The notes under the pieces: model-generated | The model's input: the letters and a program-made list of their open reading frames with translations, nothing else | The model's database searches: none | Told to the model about the DNA's origin: nothing | Made by a program: the position numbers and the translations under genes | NCBI GenBank assembly: GCA_963799485.1 | Contig: CAWCXJ010000008.1 | Coordinates: 1 to 64,000 of the forward strand | Source: an uncultured Trueperaceae bacterium | Lineage (GTDB): Bacteria > Deinococcota > Deinococci > Deinococcales > Trueperaceae | Length of the DNA stretch: 64,000 nucleotides | Reading direction: 5' to 3' | Shown: piece by piece, positions 1-10,220 of the stretch | How the letters are laid out: each line of letters starts with the position of its first letter | Numbering within the stretch: position 1 is the first letter of the stretch

Positions 1-6
1 TCCACC

Positions 7-201
7 ATGATGGGCTTAGGTTGGATACTCGTATTGATAGTCGTGGTGCTGCTGGCTGGTGCTCTCTTTCCAAGAGGCAGAGAAACGCCGACCTCGAAGA
101 CAGCGCCCAGGGCGTCCTCGCTGGAGATTGCCGAACGGCGCTACGCAGGGGGGGAGATAAGTAAAGAAGAGTTCGAGAGCATAAAACGCGGTTTAGCTTA
201 A
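7..201 (+). CDS. SHOCT domain small membrane protein
   Basis: N-terminal TM helix; C-terminal 'RYAGGEISKEEFE' SHOCT motif; may start upstream of the window. Confidence 0.75.
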   Translation: MMGLGWILVLIVVVLLAGALFPRGRETPTSKTAPRASSLEIAERRYAGGEISKEEFESIKRGLA

Positions 202-213
202 GGAGGCCTAAAG

Positions 214-621
214 ATGACCTACAGTATGCAGAAGACACTAAATGAGGACTACGACACGGTTAGAGACAACATCGTAAACGCCCTGAAAGCCGAGGGCTTC
301 GGCATCCTCAGCACCATCGACGTGCAGGCGACCCTGAAAGAAAAGCTGGGCGAGGACATGGAGCGCTATGAAATCCTGGGAGCTTGCAACCCGCAGCTGG
401 CGCACCGGGCGCTCGAGGCGGACCGTTCCATCGGCTTGCTCTTACCCTGCAACGTGGTGCTGCGCGAGGTGGGCGACAAGGTAGAGGTCAGCATCTTAGA
501 CCCCGAGGTGATGTTCAGCGTCGTCGACGAGACGACGAAAGGGCAGCTCGAGGGGCTGCCGCAAGAGGCTAAAACACGGCTTGACAAAGCGCTTCAAGCG
601 CTGAAAGGGGTAAGGGCGTGA
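214..621 (+). CDS. DUF302 family protein
   Basis: GFGILSTID, ILGACNP and LLLPCNV motifs; AGGAGG RBS. Confidence 0.85.
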   Translation: MTYSMQKTLNEDYDTVRDNIVNALKAEGFGILSTIDVQATLKEKLGEDMERYEILGACNPQLAHRALEADRSIGLLLPCNVVLREVGDKVEVSILDPEVMFSVVDETTKGQLEGLPQEAKTRLDKALQALKGVRA

Positions 622-869
622 TGGGCTACTACGGTTACGGCATGGGCGCGTTCGGGTGGATCGGCATGATTCTCTTCTGGGCGCTGATCATCTTAGCTAT
701 CGTCTGGCTGTGGCGCACCCTGGATTTGGGGCAGACGCTGCGCGGTTCGGGGTCTGCAAGAGAGGCGCAAGCCGAACCTAAAAAGGCTCTCGACATCGCC
801 AAAGAGCGCTACGCCAAAGGCGAGCTGAGCAAAGAACAGTTCGAACAACTCAAACAGGATTTGTCGTGA
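618..869 (+). CDS. SHOCT domain membrane protein
   Basis: TM helix plus 'ALDIAKERYAKGELSKEQFEQ'. Confidence 0.8.
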   Translation: MMGYYGYGMGAFGWIGMILFWALIILAIVWLWRTLDLGQTLRGSGSAREAQAEPKKALDIAKERYAKGELSKEQFEQLKQDLS

Positions 870-1564
870 CCAGGGTCACGTTGAAAGGAGCAAGTATAAA
901 ACGGTCACTCGGTATCGGCGTTGTGGTCATCGGCTTGGCGCTGCTTGGCCTCGTCTTAGCCCAGGGCATGATGGCTCCCAACCAGGTCAATCCCAACTAC
1001 CCCTACGCTCAAAACCAGGGCTACGGCTATGGTCAGGGCATGATGGGTCAGCAAGGCATGATGGGTGGCATGGGGATGATGCAGGTCTATCCCGCTACCG
1101 CTGAACCCCTTTCCTTGGAGGATGCCCAGGCTCAGTTTGACCAGGTCGTGCAGGCCTACAGGAACGTTCAGGTCAGCGACGTCATGGCCTTCAGCAACAA
1201 TTACTACGCGCAACTCGTCAACGACCAGGGCCAAGGCGTCGCCGAAGTGCTGGTCAACCGCTACAGCGGCTTTGTTACCCCGGAACCCGGCCCGAACATG
1301 ATGTGGAACACGCGCGCCGGCATGATGGGCTTCGCCTTTGCCGGACAGCCCCGCTTTGACGAGGCGGCGGCCCAAGAAAAAGCCGAGACCTTTCTCGCCG
1401 CCTACCTGCCCGGAGCGAGCGTCCGAGCGAGCCAGACATTCAGCGGCTACACCACCTTCGACTTCGGGCGTGAGGCGACCGAAGGCATGTTGAGTGTGAA
1501 CGCCTACAGCGGTGAGGTGTGGGTGCATACCTGGCACGGTTCAGCTATCGGAACGCAAAACTAA
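866..1564 (+). CDS. Secreted Met/Gly-rich protein with PepSY-like repeats
   Basis: Signal peptide, MMG-rich linker, PEPGPNMMWNT and VWVHTWHG motifs. Confidence 0.65.
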   Translation: MTRVTLKGASIKRSLGIGVVVIGLALLGLVLAQGMMAPNQVNPNYPYAQNQGYGYGQGMMGQQGMMGGMGMMQVYPATAEPLSLEDAQAQFDQVVQAYRNVQVSDVMAFSNNYYAQLVNDQGQGVAEVLVNRYSGFVTPEPGPNMMWNTRAGMMGFAFAGQPRFDEAAAQEKAETFLAAYLPGASVRASQTFSGYTTFDFGREATEGMLSVNAYSGEVWVHTWHGSAIGTQN

Positions 1565-1587
1565 GCCAACTGCCCGTCTAAGACGGG

Positions 1588-1621
1588 GTGAGGCTGCTGC
1601 TAGGTAGCAGCCTCACTTTTT
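1588..1621 (+). terminator. Rho-independent terminator
   Basis: gtgaggctgct..agcagcctcac hairpin followed by a T run. Confidence 0.75.
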
Positions 1622-1631
1622 GGAGAAAGCG

Positions 1632-1963
1632 ATGTCTCAGCTAACTACCACCTACGACGTGCTCGCCGTAGCTGCGCATCCCGACGACCTCGAGGCGGTC
1701 ATGGGCGGCACCACCGTCAAGCTCGTGCAAGCCGGTTTGACTTCGCGGTGGACGTGAGCGAGGTCTACGAGCAAAAACTCGCCGCCTTGGAAGTCTACGA
1801 ATCGGTCTTCAGCGTCGCTCAAGCCACGCTGCTCGAGCGCTACGGCACCGAAGACCGCTACGTCGGCAGCCTGGTAGATGTTCGCTACGCCGAAGCCTTC
1901 AAGGCTCGCAGCCCCTTGCTGGTCGCAGACCCTACCGTGTTCGGCAGGCTGAGGTTCGGCTGA
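1632..1963 (+). pseudogene. PIG-L/BshB1-type deacetylase with internal deletion
   Basis: ATG 1632 gives MSQLTTTYDVLAVAAHPDDLE (HPDD motif), joined out of frame near 1735 to the C-terminus VDVSEVYEQKLAAL...YAEAF. Confidence 0.75.
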
Positions 1964-2048
1964 GGTTTCTACCTCTCACGCTACGAGTTAGACAACATCA
2001 GCCTAGCGCTGTAACGGCGGCAAGAAAACTCTCGAAGAAAGAAAAGGA

Positions 2049-2267
2049 GTGACAACGATGAATTCACGAAAACTACGACTTTTCATGATGATACTGGTCA
2101 CGGTGCTGCTCGGCGCTGTCTGGGCACACGGCGACGAAGACGGCAACCCGACCGTTTGGGTTGCCAACGGTACGAACGGCACCTTGAGCGTCGTCGACCG
2201 CGTTACGGGCGAAGAGCTGGCGCGCGTATCGGCGGGGCGCAACCCTCACGTCCTGAGTGTGAGCTAG
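2049..2267 (+). pseudogene. Truncated YVTN-type beta-propeller protein
   Basis: Signal peptide and a single blade VWVAN..TLSVVD..GRNPH, then a stop. Confidence 0.55.
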
Positions 2268-2270
2268 CAC

Positions 2271-3344
2271 GTGGCAACCGGAGCAGACGTCGTCATCGCC
2301 GGGGCCAGCTTCGCGGGGCTGGCCGTGGCCCGCGCGCTCAAAGGGCGCGAGGTGCTGCTGCTCGACCCGCACCCGGTCGGGGCCTTCGTCAAGTCGGCCT
2401 GCGCGCTGCCCGGCGATTTAGCCGAGCGCTTCGGCGCGGAGGCGGTGCTCGAGCAACACGAGGCGCTGGTCTTTCACTTTTCGCAGCGCACGCTGCGCTT
2501 GCCGACCCGGCTCCCTTACGTCACCATCGACTACCGCCGCTTCTGCGAGCGGCTCCTGGCCGAGAGCGGCGTCACTTTGCTGCAAGCGCGCGCCTTGAAG
2601 CCGGTGCCCGGCGGTGTGTTGACCTCAGCCGGCAAAGTGAGTTGTCGGCTGGTCGTGGACGCCACCGGGCCGAGCGCCGTCCTGGCCTCGTCGCTTACAC
2701 CCGGTTACGCCGAAGGGCGCTTCATGGGGGCGGGGCTCGAGGTCGAGCTGCCTCGCCCCCCCGGATTTCCTAGCGGCCTGCACTTCTACCTGAACCGTGA
2801 GCTGCCCCCCGGCTACGGCTGGGCCTTCGGCGCGGGCGAGACGCTGCGCGTGGGGGTCGGGGTCTTCGACAGCAAACGCAGCGGTCGCGACTTGGGCGGG
2901 GTGCTGGCGCGCCTGCTGGGGCGACTCGGGCTCGAGCCCGAACACGCTCACAAACACCCACACAAACACGGGGGCCTCATCCCCCTGAAATTGCGCGCGC
3001 CCGTGGTCGGCGAGCTGTTCGTGGTCGGCGACGCCGCCGGGCAGGTGCTGCCGGTCACCGCCGAGGGCATCCGCCCGGCCCTGGCCTTCGGCCACGACCT
3101 CGGGGGGCTGTTGGCCCGCGTGCTCGAGGGTGAGCTGAGCCCCGCCGCGGCCCGCCACCGCTACCAGCAGCGGGTGGCGGCGCGGCGCGGCGGCTACCGG
3201 GCGCTCGGCTCTTTTCAAGACTTTGTGAGCGCGACTCCGCACGGCGTCGGTCTCGCCGCGCTCTATCTGCTGGCGCGCTGGGGTAGGCATACGCCGAGCT
3301 ACCCGCGCTACCTCCGGGGGCTGCGACCGGCGGATACGTCGTGA
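2271..3344 (+). CDS. Geranylgeranyl-reductase-like FAD oxidoreductase
   Basis: GASFAG, VDATG, GYGWAF and VGDAAG motifs. Confidence 0.8.
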   Translation: MATGADVVIAGASFAGLAVARALKGREVLLLDPHPVGAFVKSACALPGDLAERFGAEAVLEQHEALVFHFSQRTLRLPTRLPYVTIDYRRFCERLLAESGVTLLQARALKPVPGGVLTSAGKVSCRLVVDATGPSAVLASSLTPGYAEGRFMGAGLEVELPRPPGFPSGLHFYLNRELPPGYGWAFGAGETLRVGVGVFDSKRSGRDLGGVLARLLGRLGLEPEHAHKHPHKHGGLIPLKLRAPVVGELFVVGDAAGQVLPVTAEGIRPALAFGHDLGGLLARVLEGELSPAAARHRYQQRVAARRGGYRALGSFQDFVSATPHGVGLAALYLLARWGRHTPSYPRYLRGLRPADTS

Positions 3345-3486
3345 CAAGTACGCCCTGCAAGCTTGTCAAGGGCGTACTCGGGCAACTTCTTGGGCAACTT
3401 CAAGGCGTCTCGAAGCGCTTTCTTCAGGGGCGACGCGGTGCGGGCCTATGCGCGAGCTGCGGCCCCAAAGTCAGCGGAGGCTTTGT

Positions 3487-3535
3487 AGGGGTGCCGTTGG
3501 GCGACATGGTGCCGGGGTTCGCGGCCACGGTTCTG
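3487..3535 (+). ncRNA. Candidate Na+/Li+ riboswitch-like leader of nhaA
   Basis: ATGGTGCCG..CGGCCA hairpin closed by ccgt/acgg about 25 nt before nhaA; family resemblance from memory only. Confidence 0.3.
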
Positions 3536-3554
3536 TTCTTCGCAGAGGTCGTCT

Positions 3555-4819
3555 GTGAACGAGACTAGGGCGACGCCGGTGCGGGCCTTCCCGCAACTCC
3601 TGCGCAAGCTTCTGCAAAGCGAGACCCGGGGGGGTGGCCTGCTCCTCTTCACCGGCGCTCTGCTGGGTTTCGCCCTGGCCAACTCGCCCTGGCAGGAGGG
3701 GTATGTTGCGCTCAAGGCGCTGCCGCTGAGCATCAGCCTCGGGAGCTGGCAGCTGGCCGAGCCGCTGGTCGGCTGGGTCAACGACCTGCTGATGGCCGGC
3801 TTTTTTCTGCTGGTCGGACTCGAGCTCAAACGCGAGCTGCTGCAGGGCGAACTCGCCGACCCGCGTCGCGCCGCTCTGTCGGTCAGCGCCGCCCTGGGCG
3901 GCATGCTGGTGCCGGCAGCACTCTACACCGTGGTCAATTGGGGGGTGCGGGCGGCAGGGGCTGGGGCGTGCCGATGGCCACCGACATCGCCTTCGCGCTC
4001 GGGGTGCTGTCGCTGTTGGGCAGGCGGGTGCCGCTGGGCCTCAAAGTCTTTTTGACGGCGCTGGCCACCGTCAACGACCTGGGTGCGGTGCTGGTCATCG
4101 CCCTCTTTTACAGCCGCGAACTCGACCCTGGGGCGCTCGCCTTTGCCTTCGGCTTTCTGGCGCTGGCCTTGCTGGCCGGACGTTTGGGCGTGAGAAATCT
4201 GACCGTCTACCTCGGGTTGGGCTTGGCGCTATGGTTCTTCGTGCTCGAGTCGGGGCTGGACGCCGCCATAAGCGGCGTGCTGCTGGCGCTCGCTGTCCCG
4301 TTGCGCCCGCTCGCGCCGACCCAGTCCGGTTCATCCGCGCAAGGGGAGCGGCTCGAGCCCGAAGCGCAGGCGGCTCGTGCACTGCCCCAGAGGGCGCAGA
4401 GCCCCCTGCGCCGTTTGGAACACCACCTGAGCCCCTGGGTAGCTTACCTGGTCTTGCCCCTGTTCGCCTTTTTCAACGCCGGGGTCGGGGTGGCGGGGAG
4501 CGCACTGGGCCCGGTCGGGCTGGGAGTTTTTGTGGGCCTGGTGCTGGGCAAACCCAGCGGCATCCTGCTCGTCTCCTGGCTCGCGGTCAGAGGCGGCCTG
4601 GCCACGCTGCCCGTCGGCGTGAACTGGCGCATGCTGGCGGGGGTGAGCGTCCTCGGCGGCATCGGCTTTACGGTGGCCCTGTTCATCACCGAGCTGGCCT
4701 TTAGCAGCCCGGCCCTGCTGGCGGAGGCCAAGCTCGGCGTGCTGGCGGCCTCGCTGCTGGCCGCGGCCCTGGGGCTGTGGCTGCTGGCTAGTGCCACCGC
4801 GCAACGGCCCGGAGGTTGA
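3555..4819 (+). pseudogene. nhaA: Na+/H+ antiporter NhaA, frameshifted (possibly an assembly error)
   Basis: [33 protein letters not shown] and LGGIGFT motifs; -1 shift in the G6 run at 3940-3945. Confidence 0.85.
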
Positions 4820-5407
4820 AACGACGCCATCTGTAGCAGGTATACCCCAACGGGCACACGTACCCACGGGCATAAATCATTATTCGGCTGTTTTAGGTGG
4901 GTTGTCCTTAAGCCGGCCCCAGGCATTGAGGCGGTTAAGGGCGGAATGAATGCCAAAGTGTTGACCGACCGCTTTGGGTACGCTCGAGCCTCGTTTACTG
5001 AAACCCGGACGAAAGTTAACGAGCGCGGTCAGGGACTAAACACATAGCTGGCATTTCAATTATATGTACCTGTCCGGCGGTTTCTGAGACTGGTTCTTGA
5101 AACAAAGTATAGATTTCGGGAGCCGCTTTCAAATAAGAAGTTATACAAAAATGTGAAAGATTACACAACAAGCGAAGTATTGACAGAAAGATGTGAAGCA
5201 AAGTAAGAATACTTTGCTTCACATCTTTACGCTTGGGGGGATTTGGGTAGCTATGGTCAGGCTATCGATGTAATTCCGTAAAAGAACTGCCATTTATGAG
5301 TGGCAGTTCTTTTAGTCCAACAAAGTTCTCTCTGAAAGCCAAGTCTTATCGTGGTTATAAGATAACAGAGGTTGTTTAGCTTTGCAAAAACTTGCGGAGG
5401 ATTCAAA

Positions 5408-6331
5408 GTGATATCGAAAAGATACGTCGCAACCGCCCTTCTGTGTAGTTTGTTTCTCCTTGCTGCCTGCACCGAGACCCAACGCCCACCTACGAACGAT
5501 ACGCCGATGAATTACGATGACCCCCGCATTTTGCGCGGTGTGTGGACAGGTCAGAGCGAGGCCGGGGCTACCCTCACCCTCGATTTAAGAACGAAAAGCC
5601 CTTCAGCTCGAGGTTACACCTCCGTCGGTACGTTTAAGTTAGGCGATGCGCCTGAAGTTTTATTCTCGGCTTACACGCAAATCCCGCTTGCTGCCGGTTC
5701 TTTTTCGGCGGCTCAGCAAGACGATTGCACAGGCAATGTCACCGGTCAAGTTGACAACACCTTCGGCATGGAGACCGAACTTCTTTTCGATGTTTGTGGT
5801 ACGACGCCCAGCGGTTCACCGCCTGAGTTTCGTATGACGCTGATAGACCGCAACGGCCCCACGCCGGTAGAGAGCAACTTCATCTTAGTCAAGCAGCCCG
5901 ATGAACCTGACCCCGACTACCTCGTTAAAGGAAGTATCGTGCGACTTCGCGGTGTACCCAATACCTATGACGGCGAGTTCGTTTTCACCGAAGACTCTCA
6001 CGCTATCGTTCAGCTCTTCTACTCTCCCTCATATTTTGGCGATGCTCCTAGAGAGTTGTTGACCCAAACGACGATAGAACCCATTACAGACTTTCCCATC
6101 TCTTTCCAGCTCGAGGGCGACCCGGAAGAAGTGTTCAAGCGCGAAGGCGATTACTACCTAAATGTCGGGGTATTTTCGGGGGACGGCGGGCCGAGCGGTG
6201 AAACATTTGCGGTCGGTGACCTTACGAATGAAGTTTTTACGCCCGCTGCAGAACCCGGAGCAGAAGTCAGAGTCGAAGTTACCGGGCTCGAGCGGTGTAA
6301 GGGAAGTGACGGTGGAAACTGTGTGCCATAG
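5408..6331 (+). CDS. Lipoprotein with possible YbaY-like C-terminal domain
   Basis: GGAGG RBS, GTG start, lipobox LLAAC. Confidence 0.65.
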   Translation: MISKRYVATALLCSLFLLAACTETQRPPTNDTPMNYDDPRILRGVWTGQSEAGATLTLDLRTKSPSARGYTSVGTFKLGDAPEVLFSAYTQIPLAAGSFSAAQQDDCTGNVTGQVDNTFGMETELLFDVCGTTPSGSPPEFRMTLIDRNGPTPVESNFILVKQPDEPDPDYLVKGSIVRLRGVPNTYDGEFVFTEDSHAIVQLFYSPSYFGDAPRELLTQTTIEPITDFPISFQLEGDPEEVFKREGDYYLNVGVFSGDGGPSGETFAVGDLTNEVFTPAAEPGAEVRVEVTGLERCKGSDGGNCVP

Positions 6332-6411
6332 CAAAACAGATAACCATAAACGCAACGTTTTGCGTTCGTCATAAGCTGCAGGGTTTGTCATCAGACGGTT
6401 GCAAAACTCGG

Positions 6412-6537
6412 CGCGGGCTCGAGCCTGTTCGCTACACCACGTTTGCAGAGGGCGTAAAATACATGGCTTTTACGGAGGCCGTGCAGCAGAGCCTTGGGGA
6501 GCAAAGAAGCGTTTCACTTCGTGAAATTCAAGAATAG
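6412..6537 (+). pseudogene. 3' remnant of a Gfo/Idh/MocA-type oxidoreductase
   Basis: Reads RGLEPVRYTTFAEGVKYMAFTEAVQQS...*, with no start. Confidence 0.45.
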
Positions 6538-6594
6538 CTGAGCTTAAACGTTGGGTGTCAAACTGCCGCAAGTCCCGTACTTCCGGCGGTTTTT

Positions 6595-6948
6595 CTACCC
6601 GAGCGGCGCAGCCTCGTCCCAGCCTGCCAGAATGTGTACATGCGTGTGAAACACCTCCTGCCCCGCTCCCGGCCCGACATTGACGACCAGGCGGTAATCT
6701 TCCAGCCCGTTGGCCCTTGCGGTTTTGACTGCCGCTTCAAAAAGCGCGCCCACATCTCCAGAGCCTTGCGCGTCCAGCATTTCGTCCAGACGCGGGCTGA
6801 GGGCTTTGGGAATTACCAAAAGGTGAACCGGCGCTTTCGGGGCAATATCTTTGATGGCGATGAAGTCGTCGTCTTCGTAGACCTTCGTTGCCGGAATCTC
6901 GCCGTCGATGATTTTCTGAAAGATGCCTTTTTCTGTACCGTTTGTCAT
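6595..6948 (-). CDS. HIT family nucleotide hydrolase
   Basis: IFQKII..GEIP, HLLVIPK and HTHVHIL triad. Confidence 0.92.
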   Translation of the reverse strand: MTNGTEKGIFQKIIDGEIPATKVYEDDDFIAIKDIAPKAPVHLLVIPKALSPRLDEMLDAQGSGDVGALFEAAVKTARANGLEDYRLVVNVGPGAGQEVFHTHVHILAGWDEAAPLG

Positions 6949-8054
6949 AAGTCTCCTTTGGGGATGGCGGTGGGTGTACTCAAGACCAGATTATCGCGGT
7001 GAATCACCTCGTCGTAATCTTTGCCCCCGAGCAGTTCTGCAATCTCGAGAGTATGCCTACCCTGAATCTTTTGAAGCGCGTCGCTCGAGTAGTTGCTCAA
7101 GCCTTGTGCGACCCGCTCGCCCGCGTGTGTCACGGCTACGGCGTCGCCAAAAGAAAAACTGCCCGATACACCCGTAATGCCTTTGGGCAGCAAACTGCGT
7201 CCGTTGTGCAGCGCCCGGAGTGCGCCCGCATCGACCTCGAGACTCCCCTTCGTGCGCTGCTGCGCCAGCCAGCTTTTACGCGACGGCGTGTGCGCTTTGG
7301 CTGAAAACCGTGTTCCCCGGACGTCGCCCCTTGCGAGGGCCTCGAGCCCCGCCCCGCCGCCGCCGATAATCAGCGTTTCCGTTCCGGCAGCCGTGGCGAG
7401 CGCCGCCGCGCGAAGTTTGGTGACCATCCCGCCCGTGCCGCGCGTGGTTCCGGCGCTGCCTGCCAGGTGCTGCACGCGGCTCACGTCTTCGACCAACGTA
7501 AGCCGTTTCGCGGTTGGGTTAAAGCGCGGGTCGCTGTCGTAAAGCCCGTCTACGTCGGTCAGGATAACGAGCGCGTCGGCCCCGACGAGGTGCGAGGCCC
7601 ACGCGGAAAGGCTGTCGTTGTCGCCGAACCGGATTTCGCTCGTCGCTACCGAATCGTTTTCGTTGATAACCGGCAGTGCGCCGAGCTTTAGGGACGCCTC
7701 GAGCGCGTTTTTTGCGTTCACGTAACGTTCACGGTCTTGGATGTCGGCAGCTGTAAGTAAAAGCTGTGCGACGGGTGTAGGGGCGACGGCGCGCGCCCAC
7801 TCGAGCATCAGGAGCGTCTGACCGACCGCCGCCGCCGCCTGTTTTTCCGGCAAGGTCAAAGGCAGCGACACCCCGAGCCGTTCGCGCCCCGCTGCGCCCG
7901 CACCCGAGGAGACCAACACGACCTTGCAACCGAGTTGGGTTTGAAGGGTGCCGAGCCCGCGAGCGAGCGCCCACAACAGCGGCGGATAGATGCGCCCGCC
8001 CGCGTCGGTGAGGCTGCTCGTCCCGACCTTGACAACGACACGCCGCCACTTCAT
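6945..8054 (-). CDS. proB: Glutamate 5-kinase
   Basis: VVKVGTSS, INENDSV, FGDND, GTGGMVTKL, C-terminal PUA domain. Confidence 0.96.
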   Translation of the reverse strand: MKWRRVVVKVGTSSLTDAGGRIYPPLLWALARGLGTLQTQLGCKVVLVSSGAGAAGRERLGVSLPLTLPEKQAAAAVGQTLLMLEWARAVAPTPVAQLLLTAADIQDRERYVNAKNALEASLKLGALPVINENDSVATSEIRFGDNDSLSAWASHLVGADALVILTDVDGLYDSDPRFNPTAKRLTLVEDVSRVQHLAGSAGTTRGTGGMVTKLRAAALATAAGTETLIIGGGGAGLEALARGDVRGTRFSAKAHTPSRKSWLAQQRTKGSLEVDAGALRALHNGRSLLPKGITGVSGSFSFGDAVAVTHAGERVAQGLSNYSSDALQKIQGRHTLEIAELLGGKDYDEVIHRDNLVLSTPTAIPKGDL

Positions 8055-8063
8055 CTGTTTACG

Positions 8064-8321
8064 TTACTCATCGGCGTAGTGCAAAAATGCTTCAGGAATA
8101 ACGGTTTTGTCTACGAAAAGCACCTCACCCTCGCGTTTGGCGCGGCCCTGACGTTCCAAAGCCTTCAAACTCGCCTGCACCTTGCCCTGTACCTGCCGTA
8201 AAAACGCCGCGTTCCAGTCGTTTTCACCGGGGCGCACGGTTTCTAAAAAGGCGCGGTGAAAGCTGGGCAGTTCGTCTAGCGGGATGCGGGTCTCGAGCCG
8301 TTGCCAGTCTACAAAGTCCAT
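8064..8321 (-). CDS. Hypothetical protein
   Basis: Co-oriented ORF upstream of proB with leaderless TAACAT-N6-ATG. Confidence 0.65.
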   Translation of the reverse strand: MDFVDWQRLETRIPLDELPSFHRAFLETVRPGENDWNAAFLRQVQGKVQASLKALERQGRAKREGEVLFVDKTVIPEAFLHYADE

Positions 8322-8434
8322 AACGCCATGTTACCCGGGTGAGCGAGCTTTAGCTCGAGCTGAACCGCTAGTGAGTGCTAAACTGATTCGGGCACTCGCC
8401 CACCTGGAAATTACCCGCCTAGAAAGGTGTTGTT

Positions 8435-9481
8435 ATGCGTGTAGGAATCGTTGGAGCTACCGGAGCCGTAGGACAGGAGTTTTTGAGCCTGTTTGCCGAA
8501 CGTAACTTTCCCTTTACGGCGCTGACGCTATTTGCCTCAGCACGTTCAGCAGGAAAGACGCTCGTTTACGGCGGCGAGACGTACACGCTTCAAGCCTTAC
8601 CCGAATCCGGCAATCTAGACGTTGATTTGGTGTTTTCATCGGCGGGCGGCAGCATCTCCAAAGCGGACGCGTGGCGCTGGGCCGAGCACGGGGCGCTCGT
8701 CATCGACAACACCTCGGCGTGGCGGATGGACGAACGCGTCCCGCTCGTAGTCCCTGAAATCAACGGCGAGGCGGCGCTGGGGCATCAAGGCATTATCGCC
8801 AACCCGAATTGTTCGACCATCGTCGCGCTGATGGCGCTTGCGCCTCTCCACCGGGCGTTCGGCCTCCGGCGGGCGACGATTGCGACCTATCAAGCGGTGT
8901 CGGGCGCGGGCGCGGCGGGTATCGCCGAGCTGCAAAACCAGACGCAGGCGGCGCTCGTCGGTGAGACGCCCGTGCCGCAAAAGTTCGGGCATCCGATTGC
9001 CTTTAATATCTTTAGTCACGATTCAGAGATCGGTGACGACGGCTACAACGTCGAAGAGCGGAAGTTGACGCTCGAGTCCCGTAAAATCCTCAATCTGCCG
9101 GAGCTCGCCATCAGCGCGACCTGCGTGCGGGTGCCGGTGTTTCGCGCTCATTCCGAGGCCGTTCACGCCGAGTTTGACCGGCCTGTTTCGGTCTCTGAGG
9201 CGCTCGCGGTTCTAACCTCAGCCGACGGCGTCTGCCTCGTTGACGACCGCGCAGCCAATCATTTTCCGATGCCTCTGGAGGCGAGTGGTCAAGACGATGT
9301 GCTGGTAGGCCGCGTCCGTGAAGACGTTTCGTTGCCGGGAGCTTTGGCGCTGTTCGTCTCCGGCGACCAGATTCGTAAGGGGGCGGCTCTAAACGCGGTG
9401 CAAATCGGGGAGTATCTCATTCAGCATAGCGCGATTTCTGAGGGCAGCGAAAACCGGACGCCTGCAAACCGCTCTGGCTGA
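8435..9481 (+). CDS. asd: Aspartate-semialdehyde dehydrogenase
   Basis: VGATGAVG, IIANPNCST, YQAVSGAG, RKGAALNAVQI. Confidence 0.97.
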   Translation: MRVGIVGATGAVGQEFLSLFAERNFPFTALTLFASARSAGKTLVYGGETYTLQALPESGNLDVDLVFSSAGGSISKADAWRWAEHGALVIDNTSAWRMDERVPLVVPEINGEAALGHQGIIANPNCSTIVALMALAPLHRAFGLRRATIATYQAVSGAGAAGIAELQNQTQAALVGETPVPQKFGHPIAFNIFSHDSEIGDDGYNVEERKLTLESRKILNLPELAISATCVRVPVFRAHSEAVHAEFDRPVSVSEALAVLTSADGVCLVDDRAANHFPMPLEASGQDDVLVGRVREDVSLPGALALFVSGDQIRKGAALNAVQIGEYLIQHSAISEGSENRTPANRSG

Positions 9482-9535
9482 AAAAACTACCTCTGATTCA
9501 TGTTTGTAGTGGTTAAGCTGGGGCCGGAGGTTGGG

Positions 9536-9922
9536 GTGACAAAAACTTATATCACCGGACTCGACCATCTTCAGCTCGCGATGCCCGCCGGGGGAGAGGC
9601 GCAGGCGAGAGCCTTTTACGGCGACCTGCTGGGTTTAGCCGAGCTCGAGAAACCGCCTGAACTCGCCTCACGCGGGGGTTGCTGGTTTGCGCTCGGTACG
9701 CAGGCGTTGCACCTGGGGATAGACACGCCGTTTTCGCCTGCCCGCAAAGCGCACCCGGCGTTTACGGTGTCTGACCTGGAAGCGTTGAGGGAACGATTAG
9801 GGGCCGCCCATATCGCAATTGTAAACGATACCACCGTACCGCACGTCCGCCGCTTTTACGCCGCCGACTTGTTTGGCAACAGGCTCGAGTTTCTCCAGCA
9901 CGGTGACGGCTTTGGGGGCTAG
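9536..9922 (+). CDS. VOC/glyoxalase family protein
   Basis: LDHLQLAMP, KAHPAF, GNRLEF; GTG start after GGAGG. Confidence 0.85.
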   Translation: MTKTYITGLDHLQLAMPAGGEAQARAFYGDLLGLAELEKPPELASRGGCWFALGTQALHLGIDTPFSPARKAHPAFTVSDLEALRERLGAAHIAIVNDTTVPHVRRFYAADLFGNRLEFLQHGDGFGG

Positions 9923-9977
9923 GGGTGTTTGCCCGCCAACAACTTGTTTCTCGCGGCACTTTGGTCTAAAGTAACGC

Positions 9978-10166
9978 ATGAGTAATCAAAGATTGACCCG
10001 CTCGCGTAGCCACCGTATGATTGCCGGAGTTTGCGGCGGTTTAGCCGACTACTTCGGTATCGACCCGACAATCGTCCGTATCATCTTCGTCGTTCTGGCC
10101 CTCGCCGGTGGCCCCGGTATCCTTATCTACCTGGCACTTTGGGTCATTTTGCCCAAAGGGTACTAG
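9978..10166 (+). CDS. PspC domain protein
   Basis: MIAGVCGGLADYFGIDPTIVR. Confidence 0.9.
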   Translation: MSNQRLTRSRSHRMIAGVCGGLADYFGIDPTIVRIIFVVLALAGGPGILIYLALWVILPKGY

Positions 10167-10179
10167 ACCGCATTGCTAC

Positions 10180-10208
10180 AAAAAAGCCGCCGTAACGGCG
10201 GCTTTTTT
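10180..10208. terminator. Bidirectional terminator
   Basis: aaaaagccgccg-taa-cggcggcttttt between convergent genes. Confidence 0.85.
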
Positions 10209-10220
10209 AGTCGTTAAAGC

